The position numbers and the translations under genes were made by a program. Below, piece by piece: positions 52,089-64,000 of a DNA stretch of 64,000 nt (position 1 is its first letter; the number at the start of each line of letters is the position of its first letter). The DNA comes from Dimorphilus gyrociliatus (lineage: Eukaryota; Animalia; Annelida), in contig CAJFCJ010000021.1 of NCBI GenBank assembly GCA_904063045.1, positions 310,001 through 374,000 on the forward strand. Reading direction: 5' to 3'. The notes below the pieces were generated by a model that saw only the letters and a list, made by a program, of their open reading frames with translations, was not told the DNA's origin and made no database searches.

Positions 52089-55000
52089 AAAGTTTATTTA
52101 CCTCTTTACTTTTCTTTAAAAACCATCTTCTCGTTTACTTCTGTTCAAAAAGTAATACAAGATTATATATATATACAGTATATACTATATATTCATTTAC
52201 AACATTCTTCTGCTTGAAAAGTTTATTTTCTCTCTCCCTCTTTCCCTCTCTCTCTTCACATAAACTCGTTGTAGGATAACGAATAAAAAAAGAAATTCGT
52301 ACAAACACAAACGTGTTATGTAATAATAGAATCGAGGAAAAAGCCTATTTAGAACAAATTCTTAACGGAGTAAAATAATAGTAATAATAATAATAAAAAA
52401 ACTCTAGTTCTCTTTTCGTACCTTCTTTTTTACGTTATTATTATTGTTGTTGTAAGGATTCCTTTCAAAGAATATGGAGTATATTCTGATAATAAAATGA
52501 GCATTGTTTAATATACAATGTAACCATTTAGCCCATTACGTGCACATGTATAATTTTTGCCAGAAATGATGGATTAATATTTGCATATTACTTGTATGAT
52601 ATTCTTTATATATTAAACGAAAAAGTATACTACTAAATACGGCATCACGTTTTATCATTAATCTTAGTTTGTAGTTACTGCTTATCCATAATTAGACTTG
52701 ATAAATTATTGAATTTTCATTCTAATTAGATTTTGAATATTTAATTATCATCACTAAAGAATTAAAAGCATGAATAATCATATAGATGTTTTATTTCACT
52801 TTTATATTTTAGGGCTGATTGGTGAAGAGAGAAGATGATGGGCTGAGAAAGAGAAAGACTGAGGGGACAGTGTCATCTATACTATACTTTAGTTGTATAT
52901 ACTGTATTTATTTAACTTATTCTTTATTGAAGAGGGTAAGAAACAAAAAGTAAAAGGTTAATGGAATAATGTAAGAAAACAACACAATTAGATAAATCTG
53001 TCTGTCAATCTGTCTCTCTGCTTGTCTTAATCTGTCGTTCTCCCTTCCTTTCTCCCTCTGTCTCACTCTTCAGCCCTTTTATTTTCTAAGTATATAAAAG
53101 TCTTTATGGCAGAGACTATCAAAGTATTGTCTTTTTATTCAGTTTCAATACTAATGGAATTCAATATTTACAGCATTTGCTTGTAAATCTTATATCTTCA
53201 AGTAATAAAAATTTCCCTCAAGGAAAATGCATAAATTGACGTTTCTTTTAGTTTAATTAGAGAGAGTTTTGTATATAAAGAAAGTGTTATTAACTAATGT
53301 AGATTGGCTAATAAAACAAAATTTTGACAGTGGAAGATATAAAGACAAAATTCTCACTCCAGTAGAATATAGCTACTCTTCTAGAAAGTTGATATTAAAG
53401 TAAATAGAAACAATACAACTATTCAATTGATATTCTAAGTTAGTAAAAGCTACTGATAAAAAGAAATTCAACTCTGATAAATCCAATTGGCTACTTTCAG
53501 TACTAATATAATTTGAGATGGGAGAAAAAGATATTTTTTTAGGTGGTTTAACAATTTCACAACGAATTTTTACTGGTTTGGCAACAGATTCATTATTTTT
53601 ATATACATATATAACATTATATACTTGTGCTAACACATATAAAATATATTAAAACTGTTCATATATATTAATTAATTATATTTCACTATAGTCTCATTTC
53701 TTGGAAATTGCAATATATAAAAAAAATGTCTTGCTATTCATTACTTATTCTCTCTCTCTCTTATTCTTTACAGTTGAAGTTTTTTATTGGTAGAAATGGA
53801 AATGATTTACCTGAGAATTATATAATTATCTCTTTCTTCATTTTTCTTGAGGTCAAGGAGAAATCAGGTAGAATTTAATTACTCTGTCATGTAAAATATT
53901 AAATGAAATAAGACTTTTAAAACAAGCATTTTTGTACATGAACTTTGAGCAAAGGTCTATGAATAGGCAATCTTCACTTTTAATGGATAATTAATGAATA
54001 TGCATATATGCATATATCTCTATAAATATATATATATATTTATTTAGTTTGGAAAAGAGCTTGTAATTTGACAATAACTCTGTAGTTTTTACTTTTTTCT
54101 TCCTTCAAATGATTCTGTTGTCTTTCGTTAATATTTAAACAGTATTACCAAGTAATAAGAAAACAATATTTATATAATCTACACGTAATGATTATCATAT
54201 TTGTATCGTCCACTTTCTATGACTAACGTTGAAGGCGTTAATGAGTAAAACAAAACAAAAATGGTCTCATTTGAGGAGAATATTGAACGAATGAGACGCA
54301 TGAAATATTTATGCTACTGAATTATTGACAGATATAATTGATATTCATGAATAAAATTCTACAGAATTAGCGGAATATCGGTTAAAGAGTTGAACAAATG
54401 AAATAAATGGAAGAGAAGAAAAAAATGAAAAGAAAAAAGGGATTAAGAATAAATTGAAAATGTATTTCTTTTTTTTTATTTAAAAAACAACTTTATTATG
54501 AACTTTATAAATTTTGGATTAAAAGAAACTAAAGAAATATATAAAAAACAGTTCATCCTATATTCAGTCTGTAAAATTTTAATATGTAATACATTGTATA
54601 GATCATTACTTTTTAATTAGAGTGTCTTCTATTTGGTTTTTCTTTTTCTAATAGCCAAACTATGATAATAATAACAATTTTTTATCTTTAAAGTAAAATT
54701 ATTAAGTAGTTACTTCATCCTCCTTCAAACGAAAAATTCTTTATTATCTTTTGTTAGAAATTAGAAAATATTTATTAAAAATGTACATGATATTTATCTA
54801 TATTTAAATACAATTAATTCTATATTCATTATAATGAATTTCTTAAGAAATTGAGATTTTTAATCCTTTTTTTTCTATATCAATTATAAAAGTAAAATAT
54901 TCCTTTTCAAAGTGTCAAAAAAATAAAACATGTATAAGGAGAGAAAGATATAATAGCTACGACTATTATGATATTAAACAAGAGAATACATTAAAGTCAT

Positions 55001-58000
55001 AAACAGTGCACAATGAGAAAAAGGGATGGGAAAATATGAATATGGAATATATAGTAATATATAATAAAAATTTATGCAATAAATTGAGCGTCTTTCTTTT
55101 CAATAACAGTGCTAAAGTTTAATAAACAATGATTATTATTACTACTCTGCTATTTAAAAAATAATATCTATAAAATCAAACTTTAATTAGTCTCTTTTCT
55201 TTTTATCTATATGTCTTTATTATATAAATACAGTGTACATAAATCTACTAAACGAAAACTCTCATATTTATGTTACATTTTAATAATGCAATAGCCACAA
55301 AACGTAGTCTCTATGGAGATATCGTCTAATTGTTGTATCTAGAAATAGTCTGAATAATCTAGTCATTATTCCGTCTAGAAAGCATTGAAACAGGTGATTT
55401 CCTCTATTTCTCATTTTTCGAGGATAATCGACATGGATCTTTTCTCTTTTGGGGAAGAAAACCAAAAACAAAAAAAGCAACTTAAACTATAAATTAAGTG
55501 AATTTTTACTTGAAAACAAAAGCCAAAAGTAAAAAACTCGTTTGTTTATGCCATTATATACTTGATATATGTAGAGAAAGGTTATGAATAAGATATGCAA
55601 AACACTTTGAATATAGTTATCATATTCATAACTGTTAATAAGATTAAACTTAACAGAGTAATTAGAAATATCTAAATACTAGTTATTGACATTATTATGA
55701 CTAAAATCAATTAGAGATTTTATATATATTATCAATACATATTGTCGACTTACAAAACAGCAACGATACAGCTATTAAAATATTGCAAACTAATATGCTT
55801 TCATTGGATTAAACAGAAAAATACAGTATATATTGCTAAATGAGGGTCAATAACATTTGAAATTCTAAAATTTCCTAATTCAAGTATGAAATTACACCTG
55901 TATATACAGTATCTCAATTATATTACACCAAATTGTTGTAAGTAAATGCCTTTAGCAGTCTACATTTAAAGAAAACACGGAAAGAATATACGTAACAGAC
56001 AAATGTACATAAGCATAATTACATATGTATATATATTCACTCATACATATATAAATACCATTCAATAGGTAAAATATTTGACTTTTAATTTATTATAATT
56101 AAGGTAATTAAAACATTGATTTATTCGTTGTAAAAGAAAAACGCTAAAGGAAAATAAAGTAAAGTCTAGTAAATAAACTTTATTTAGAAAATGAACCAGT
56201 TAGTTTACCATCAATTTCTTGTTTTTTTCTACGTAAATAATTATCTTTTATACATATGTATATACTACGTATTCAGTATAAGTATTTTGTGTTTTTTTTT
56301 TACTTTTTCTTCTCTTTCTTTTAGTATTCTATAGAAAATATTAATAAAATATTCAATAACCAAAATGTATATATATATATATATATACCCGCCTTTGTTT
56401 ATATTATCAAAAAGACTTTACCCTTTTTCTTTTAAGATTTACAGCTTTTTATAAAAACATGGTAAATTAACGTCATCATTTAATCGGACAAGGACAAAAG
56501 TTGAAAGACCTTCCGATCGTATATAATAAGCTTATGAAAAGAGAAAAAAAATGATGAGTTAGACTTACCTGGAATACTGATTCATAGGCTGTTTATAGCT
56601 GCCAAGTATATTTTCCCATAAAAGAGAAAGATAAAGGGAATGGGAAAAACAACTAGATGATAGGGGCAGGTAAACAGGCAAGCAAGCAGGCAGGCAGGCA
56701 GACAGACAAATAATAAATTCAATTAAATATATATTCTTAAAAATCATATACAGTATACATAGTATACATACTATATAAATTTATATATAAAAGTATATGC
56801 AATGCTGTATATATAAGCTCTTTTGTTACACGAAGAGTTATAAATATATATGCTTATATGGTAATAAGGAGAAAAGTCATGTTATTTATATATATTCAGA
56901 CAAATGACATGTCTAGGAATTCAACTTGATTTATTTCCCTTTAAATATTGTAGAAATAGAATTAATCCTATATGATTAATTCTCAAACACTATATAATTA
57001 TACTGTATATTAAAGTTTATATCTTATCACTATCAAGGGTATTTTATATTATTAAATTAAGTTATCAAACATCTAACTTGATTGCTATACTTAAAATTGA
57101 TTTTTATATCGTACTTGCTCTTTAATCATACATATTAAAACAAAGCATTAAGCGTAAACATGCATAACAATTTAACTTAAATTCATACCTAAAGTCTATA
57201 TAAAAAAAACGGAGACAAAGTAATTATCTAAGCCTTTAATGAGGACAACTAGTGCAAATAAAAAAAATTCATAATATTAGACCTTGTATGCGTACTTTAT
57301 AGCATCTTTACCAGTTTCTTCAAACAATATATAGCCGTTTTATTTCTTTCTTTCTTGGCCTTTCATTTGAAAAAAACTTGCTCTAGATATTTTTAAGTGC
57401 AAAGGAGTCATCTGCACTCAATGTACGTTTAGTTTAAACTTTTCCTCTCAATGATTCAAATTAATCTTTTAATTATTAATACCTTTCAAATAGTACTCTG
57501 AATATATATATTTACAGTATACAGATAAGTTATATATACATTTACATATATATGTATATTCACGCAATGTTATTTTGTTTAACGTATAACTTAACTATAT
57601 TAATAAATTATTCGCTATCAAACAATATTTCAACACCCACGAGCTCTTTTACATTGGCCAAATTTTTCTTGGTCAAGTGTACCTAATGTAATTTGGCCTC
57701 TTTAAACATAATTTTATTTTTATACTTGTTTTTATTTAAGCCTCTTTATACTATTTGACCTAGTTTTCTACTTTTTAGTGTTATTATAGGTTTTATATAG
57801 ATACGTTATTTTTTTTTATATCAAACTGTTAAGCATTATAATATTCTACCTATTTCGAACTTAATTAAACTTAAAATAGTCCTTTAATGTTGATCTCTTT
57901 TTAACTTGAGAAATAAATTACACAAATTTCTTCAAAAAGCATCTTAAGGAGAGAAGAAAGGATAGGAAACAAAGGAGAAAGATTAATTTCTAATTATCAT

Positions 58001-58534
58001 TACTTCTTTTATAATTTTCTAAGGATTTTGTTTGTTCCTAGTCTCTTCTCTTTCTTTTTGTCGTTACTCTTCCTCCATTCCCACTCTTTTCTTTCTTTCT
58101 TTCTTTCTTTCTTTCATTTTCTATATGTACAAATATTCAATCATCTATTTAATATCCAATTTCCGTTCGATAATTCAAGATGAATTGCTAAATTCATAAT
58201 AGCTCTTTGGAAAAAAAAATAAACAAGAGCCGCCTTTTTTAAAAAAAAAAAGGCGTTTCCTTATCAATATATAACACAAGATAAAAAATCTTTAATATTT
58301 GTCTATTTATAATTAAATAGTTCACGGATTCCAACAATAATTCGAATTGATGATACGAAAATTGTTCAATAAAGATCTGTTCTTCAGGTTCATTAGTAAG
58401 TAACTATTTTTAAAGCTTCAAAGAATTAAATTGAATTACTTAATTTAATTATAAGGGAACGCTTTAGAAGGACGTTTCCTTAGAACATTTCATTAGATAT
58501 TTAGGTAAGTTATCATTATATATACTGTATATAT

Positions 58535-58579
<45 letters not shown>

Positions 58580-59156
58580 AGTATATCATACTTTTCGCTC
58601 ATTTCCTTCAGTCACTTTCTAAACTTTATGAATATGTTTATCAGCCCAATATGAATTATACAAACCAGAGTACTTGTCATTGTCGTGAGCTGCTTTAATT
58701 ATTGCAAACGTGAGAAAAGAATTGAATTGGTCTCATTTTTAAAATTTAATAATACATATGAATGGAATCTTTAAGAAGGAGAAGTGAAAAAGTCTACTAT
58801 TCTGACCCTATTTTAAGACTGTTTTTAGTTCGTAAACGTTCTTTCACCTGTACAGTAACGATAACTTTCATTCAATAAAGTACTCAACAATCACCTTCCA
58901 TTTTTTCCCCTTAGTTTTCATTAACTAATTAAATAAATGAGTTTTTTTTCAATTAATGAAATTTTTCAATTTAGACCTAAAATTATTTATAGAAAGAATT
59001 CACTGTTATTCTGTTACATAACATACTCACTTTTTATTGCCTTTAAACCTGTTTTTTTCTATTTTTTTTGTGTTTTAATTAAACTTTCCTTTTGTTTGAA
59101 GAAAAAGAAGAGTGAAAAAAAAAATACATAAAAAATTGTGTTGACTAAGATGAAAA

Positions 59157-60492
59157 ATGTTGGAAATTGTTGCATGCCTCTTTTTATTTGCATATACTTT
59201 AGAACAGATTGTAATAGAACAGTTTATTTTCGCTAAACTGGGAAATTCTACAGAAATCAAAGGGTTTAATTGTTCTATTGGAAATCTAATACAAAATGAA
59301 TTGGCTTCTAGGTGGATGATATACTTAGAAGTCGCAACAAATTTACCCGGAATTGTAACTAGCCTTTATCTCGGCTCGTACAGCGATAAAAATGGTAGAA
59401 AGTTAAGCTTTCTACTTCCGAGTTCATTCAGTCTGATCAAATGTTTTATCTGTTCAGTGGTTATTCAATTTGATCTAAATTTATGGATTTTTACCATAGG
59501 CTGCGTAATTCAAGGCCTTGGAGGTGGAAAATTTGCCTTAATGATGGCGACATTCGCAACATTATCCGATAGGACGACAAAGGAGCAAAGATCTTTCAGG
59601 ATCATGCTCCTACACGGCCTTATGGCAGTCGCTGCCACTATTTCGAACATAATTAGCGGCATTGTTATATCAAAATTTGGTTATATAACAGTTTTCTTTA
59701 TCCTCGAGAGTGTTTACGCATTGTCCTTTCTCTCAACATTCTTTCTTAGCGAAAAGAATCATGACCGGAAGTTGTCAAGAGCTTTTTCCATAAAGTACAT
59801 GCGAAATTCATTTGATCTTTATCTGAAATATGATGGAACACCTAGGAGACGCGTTTTACTTGTTTCCGCCTTGATATCACTATTAGCCGGAGGAGCATGG
59901 ACTGGTCGAAAATCGCCAACGATATTTTATCTCAAAAGTCCACCTTTCTGTTGGAATGCATTCTTAATTGGCCTTTTCTGGGGTGTCTATATATTTTGGG
60001 CATATTCTACTAGTACTCTTTTAACAAGATTTCTAGAAAAGCCATTATCCGATTATGGACTAATCTTAATCGGATGTGTAATGTCAGTTATTTCAATTGT
60101 GACATTTGCATTCTCACAAGTAATATGGGTAGTGTTTTTATCAGTTTTCCTTACAATTGGGATAGGATGCATTATACCAATGGTCAATTCAATCAATTCA
60201 AAATTGGTCAACGAAGAGGATCAGGGCGCTCTTTACTCGGTCATATCCTGCATTGAATCTGTTTATACCCTTTACGGATCAGTTGCTTTTAATGCTATAT
60301 ATTCTACTACTGTACACGTTTTCAAACCGATTATATTTTTGGTTAATGCTGCTGTCTATATCGTTGTAGGCGTTTTAGTCATGTAAGTAATTGGGTCAAT
60401 TATTAGTAATTCATATATTTATATACATAAATATCTATTTATATATTGATATTTGTTCTATTTTTAGGTACATGAGGCGAATACAACAGTGA
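59157..60492 (+). CDS. SLC46-family MFS transporter (PCFT/heme-carrier-like)
   Basis: About 12 hydrophobic segments, LYLGSYSDKNGRK (MFS motif A), ATLSDRTTKEQRSFR and SKLVNEEDQGAL. The short last exon YMRRIQQ* follows the GTAAGT intron at about 60383. Confidence 0.88.
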
Positions 60493-60668
60493 AAGGCGAA
60501 TAAAGACTTTCTTAAATGTTCTAGATTAAATCAATTTCTCTACTTTTTTTGATTAGGCATTGATAAATAAACTTTATATAGGCTTAATACGATATATTTT
60601 AATTGGTTCAGCGCCACTACGCGTCGCTGTACTCGAAAATTGACCTTGAATGCATTTTACTTACCCAT

Positions 60669-60678
60669 AGATGGCGGC
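60669..60678 (+). promoter_or_regulatory. YY1-like AGATGGCGGC in the CpG-richer BBX promoter region
   Basis: Matches the AAGATGGCGGC-type YY1 consensus except at one base. A similar AATATGGCG occurs upstream of epsin at about 44528. Confidence 0.4.
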
Positions 60679-61515
60679 AGGCGTTTCTGTTGTATTGGCA
60701 GTTCGTCACAAAAAGATTTGTACTTGAGAATTTAGCGCTTTTTTTTCACTCGAACTCGTCTGAGGAATAATTAGTGCATACAGGTAAGTGCAAATATTTG
60801 TTTACATCAAATCTTCGATTGTTCGATGGCAGTAGCATAGCCGATGCGTTTGATAGAGGTTAAAATATTAGTGCAGCGGTCAAGGTAGGAGTGTTTTGGG
60901 CGAATGACCTAGTAAGCGGAATTTTTAAGTTCTACCGATCGTACTTCGTACATTTCATACTATTAGGAGGTTCTAGAAGGCGATAAATTGTTAAAGTTGT
61001 TTAACGACCATTCTATTATTGTGACGTATTGATTACAAAATGCGTGGCATGGCAAGTCGACCTCGTTTTCGCGACATAACGGACTATCTTTTATCTCAGT
61101 AAGTAATTTAGCGCACCTGCTCAACCTGCGTGATTTACGTTGATCCCCAAACCTAATTTATATCCAAGTTTTATTTACGCTGCAAAATCCTTTACTAATA
61201 TGCTATTGGAATTTTAAAAATGACGTATTTTTCTGTGGGCGTTATAGTAAACAATATCTATAGACGTAGAAAGTTAGTCCAGTCTGGCTGTGGGACTCAC
61301 AGTATGCTAATAAGATGTAGGCCTCTGTTGTGTATAGGCTCAGCGTGGCTTTGTTCTGCTATCGATTTCCGAATCGAACTCTACTGATAAACAATTACGT
61401 CAAGTATTTGTGAATATTCATTAGGCAACTACTCTATATTGCTATTGATTGAGTGTCCTTCTTCTGGGAAGACGTGAGCGACGTCTGTCGAGAGATTTGT
61501 ATTATTTCGTATAAA

Positions 61516-64000
61516 ATGGAATCGGTAGCGAACGAAGGGTAAATACTACGTTAGAATACGGCATTTGGCAGTGTTAATAAAACATCTTACATTTGTTTAT
61601 TAGAACCACCGCGAAGCGGCCCGTGAACGCTTTCTTAATATTTTGTAAGCAACATCGTAATCGTGTTAGACAATCAAATCCCACTATGGATAACCGGGCG
61701 GTCACAAAGCTTTTGGGTGAAATTTGGGCGAAAATGAGACCAGATGAGAAGAATGAATATCTAGATAAGGCGCAAAAGGTAAAGAGCTATATAAGGCATT
61801 GCTGACAGGACGACGACCTTGGAATAGTCATGACTAATCAGATTAACTTTTTCCATAGCAAAAAGAAGGTTTTACCAATAAAAATACGGAATATAAATGG
61901 CACTCTTATCAGCATAAACTGGCAAGAGAAAATTCCAGTAATCATGAAGGTGGGTAATTTTTATGTTCTATTGTTTTTTTTTGTCCGAATTACAACCGCC
62001 ACGTGACCGAAACATATACTATAGAGGGCGTAATAAAAAGTAATAACATTTCAAAACACTGACTAAGCTCGTGTATCATCAAATGCTTGTCGGGATATGT
62101 TATTCATACGTGGTTTTTTTTCTAAAAACTTGGTTGCCTAATCATTATTAGTCAGCAGAGCTAGAAATTTCTCAATGCCGATTGGCCGCCATTATTTTGC
62201 TTTATTATTCCGCTAGTCGAGGTTATTGCATACTATTTCGAAACTAGGAAATTTTACGCAGTCGCAACTTTATTTCGGTTTTCCTGCTGGTCAACCGCAA
62301 GTTTTCTGCAATTTTCTTGGCGATAAAGAACATTTAATTATGCCTAAATTACGTAATTGGAAAAAGAAGGCTGCTAGTAGACGTGCTGCCCTTATTCGAT
62401 GGGGCAAAATTAATCCTAGTTGTAAGTCAAACTTTAAGGCTATTCCTCACCTATTTGTTCTTACTTTCGCTTATCCGTCTCTGTTCTTCGATACTGATAA
62501 CTAAACGAACACTTATTCTTCGTATTATCTTTTTTCATCTGTCATTATTCATTAAGTTATGCTTTAACTCTTTGTTATTTTTTTTCTTTTACAGCTACAA
62601 TACAGCCTCAACTGAATGATTCACCACAAAAAATGGCGCCTAAAACCGTTCAGGGAAGAATGGGTGGTTTAGATATGCTACTTCTTGCAGGACAACAACA
62701 GCTCTACAATGACGAAGCAAAAATCAAAGCTGTCCATCCCCCTCGTCCAGTTCAAGTTCCTCAACAGAACCTTTCTTTATACGAACGACAAAACAACATT
62801 CCGAAATTGGCTACGCCAGCCTTAACGAGCTTCAGTCCACATTCCTCAGAAAATACAAATGCAAGAACCTTTTCTCAAAGACAATCACACGCGACCGTTT
62901 TAAATCGTTCGCTCAATTTTGTACAACATCCCTCTCAGCCTCATCAGCTACCTCCTTGTGTTTATCCTAATGAAAATGTACACAATTCCACGCATTTAAC
63001 TAGGACATACGACCAGAATATACCTATTGATTATTCTAGTTCCAACGATATGCCTTTAGATTTATCTTGCAAAAAAGGGAAGGACGAAAAACAAAAGAAA
63101 ATGTCGCTGATGCAATTGGCTGAAATGTGTTCATCTCAACTACAAGCTGTAGAATCACAGAAGCCACCTCAAAATCAATCTACTCCTAAAAGGCAGCCGA
63201 GTCCTGCAAAACCATTAAATACTGCGTTGAACGGTTCATATCAGAGTTTATCTGCTTTCATCTCTCATAAAATTGAAACTACAGTAAGAGGTGGTGACAC
63301 CCAAATACCAACGGTAAATACAACAGTAAATAAGAAGGACGAAAATTGGAATGAAAGAAAAAATGAACCGAAACAAGAACAACTAAATGGTAAAATGATG
63401 ATGGATCGAATAATTGAAAATTTGCTAAGTCAAAACACATCTAATAACTCAAAGTCAGGCGTTTCTAGGTCAGCCATGTTTCAGAATGCGATGGTCAAAG
63501 CGGAAGGTCAGCCTTCAGAGAACAATGTTTATCAACCGGTGAATACGAATACTAGTTCAAAGATGAAGATGAAGACAAACGCAAACTCAAACGCTAATAC
63601 ACATACAAATTCAAATATAAGTGTAAATCCCAATGCGAACTCGAGAAATTCTGCTCCGCCAAAAAAGAGATACCAAGCCCAAGCAGCAAACACGAAAGAA
63701 AAGACTTTTGTAAATTACGGCGATGTCCAAGAATCGCTCATACGAAGTATTATTTATTCAGATAGTCAAATGGTAAAAGATGAGAAGGAGGAGAAAAAGA
63801 TTGCCGTTGTCCCTCCACATACGGCTACTGCCGTTAAACAGTCTAATCATTCACACCAATCTAATCATTTGAAGGAATTAAGTAAAACTCCAGTGTCTTT
63901 GACAACCATTGGAAAGGGTTTACTTAATACTCCAACTATCACGGCCATGGCAGCAGTTATACCGCATGTGATGTGGAATCACAATCATATCGACACACCT
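61516..64000 (+). CDS. BBX: HMG-box transcription factor bobby sox; runs off the window end
   Basis: KRPVNAFLIFCKQHRNRVRQSNPTMDNRAVTKLLGEIW...EYKW (BBX/HBP1-type HMG), plus BBX-specific MGGLDMLLLAG and LMQLAEMC motifs. PLDLS (CtBP-binding type) at about 63053. Confidence 0.9.

Noticed and set aside
53373-53636. 87-aa minus-strand ORF
   Set aside because: No recognisable domain, and I could not join it in phase to neighbouring exons with confidence.
58231-58255. CGCCTTTTTT-A5-AAAAAAGGCG hairpin resembling a bacterial terminator
   Set aside because: Eukaryotic intergenic context, mostly homopolymer pairing and no associated gene end.

Overview
AT-rich animal genomic DNA, not prokaryotic. Genes are densely packed with very short (about 45-65 nt) GT-AG introns, which suggests a compact lophotrochozoan genome, possibly an annelid (inference). 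About 25 genes can be reconstructed by hand. Housekeeping and developmental genes: CYP3-clan P450 (partial), NARFL/CIAO3, RARS2, GNL2, MAN1B1-like, moonraker-like, FAM104-like, TMEM256, epsin, a C2H2 zinc finger, an SLC46-like transporter, BBX (partial) and tRNA-Gly(GCC). An accessory block at 4-20 kb holds C-type lectin receptor paralogues, a Thr-rich interrupted collagen, a Tc3-like transposase DNA-binding remnant and two intronless GPCRs. The strongest novelty candidates are: (1) an ionotropic-glutamate-receptor-architecture channel that keeps a K+-channel TTVGYGD filter and has a degenerate ligand site (48141-50171); (2) a recently duplicated pair of C-type lectin receptors with clustered ectodomain changes and completely different Tyr-motif tails; (3) an 826-aa secreted Gly-X-Thr collagen with periodic interruptions; (4) a hidden 76-aa CENP-W-like histone-fold gene; (5) a cryptic in-frame BBX exon that could give an HMG-less isoform; (6) many TACAGTA/TACTGTA motifs matching Tc1/mariner excision footprints. 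All splice models and family calls were made by eye, without database searches.
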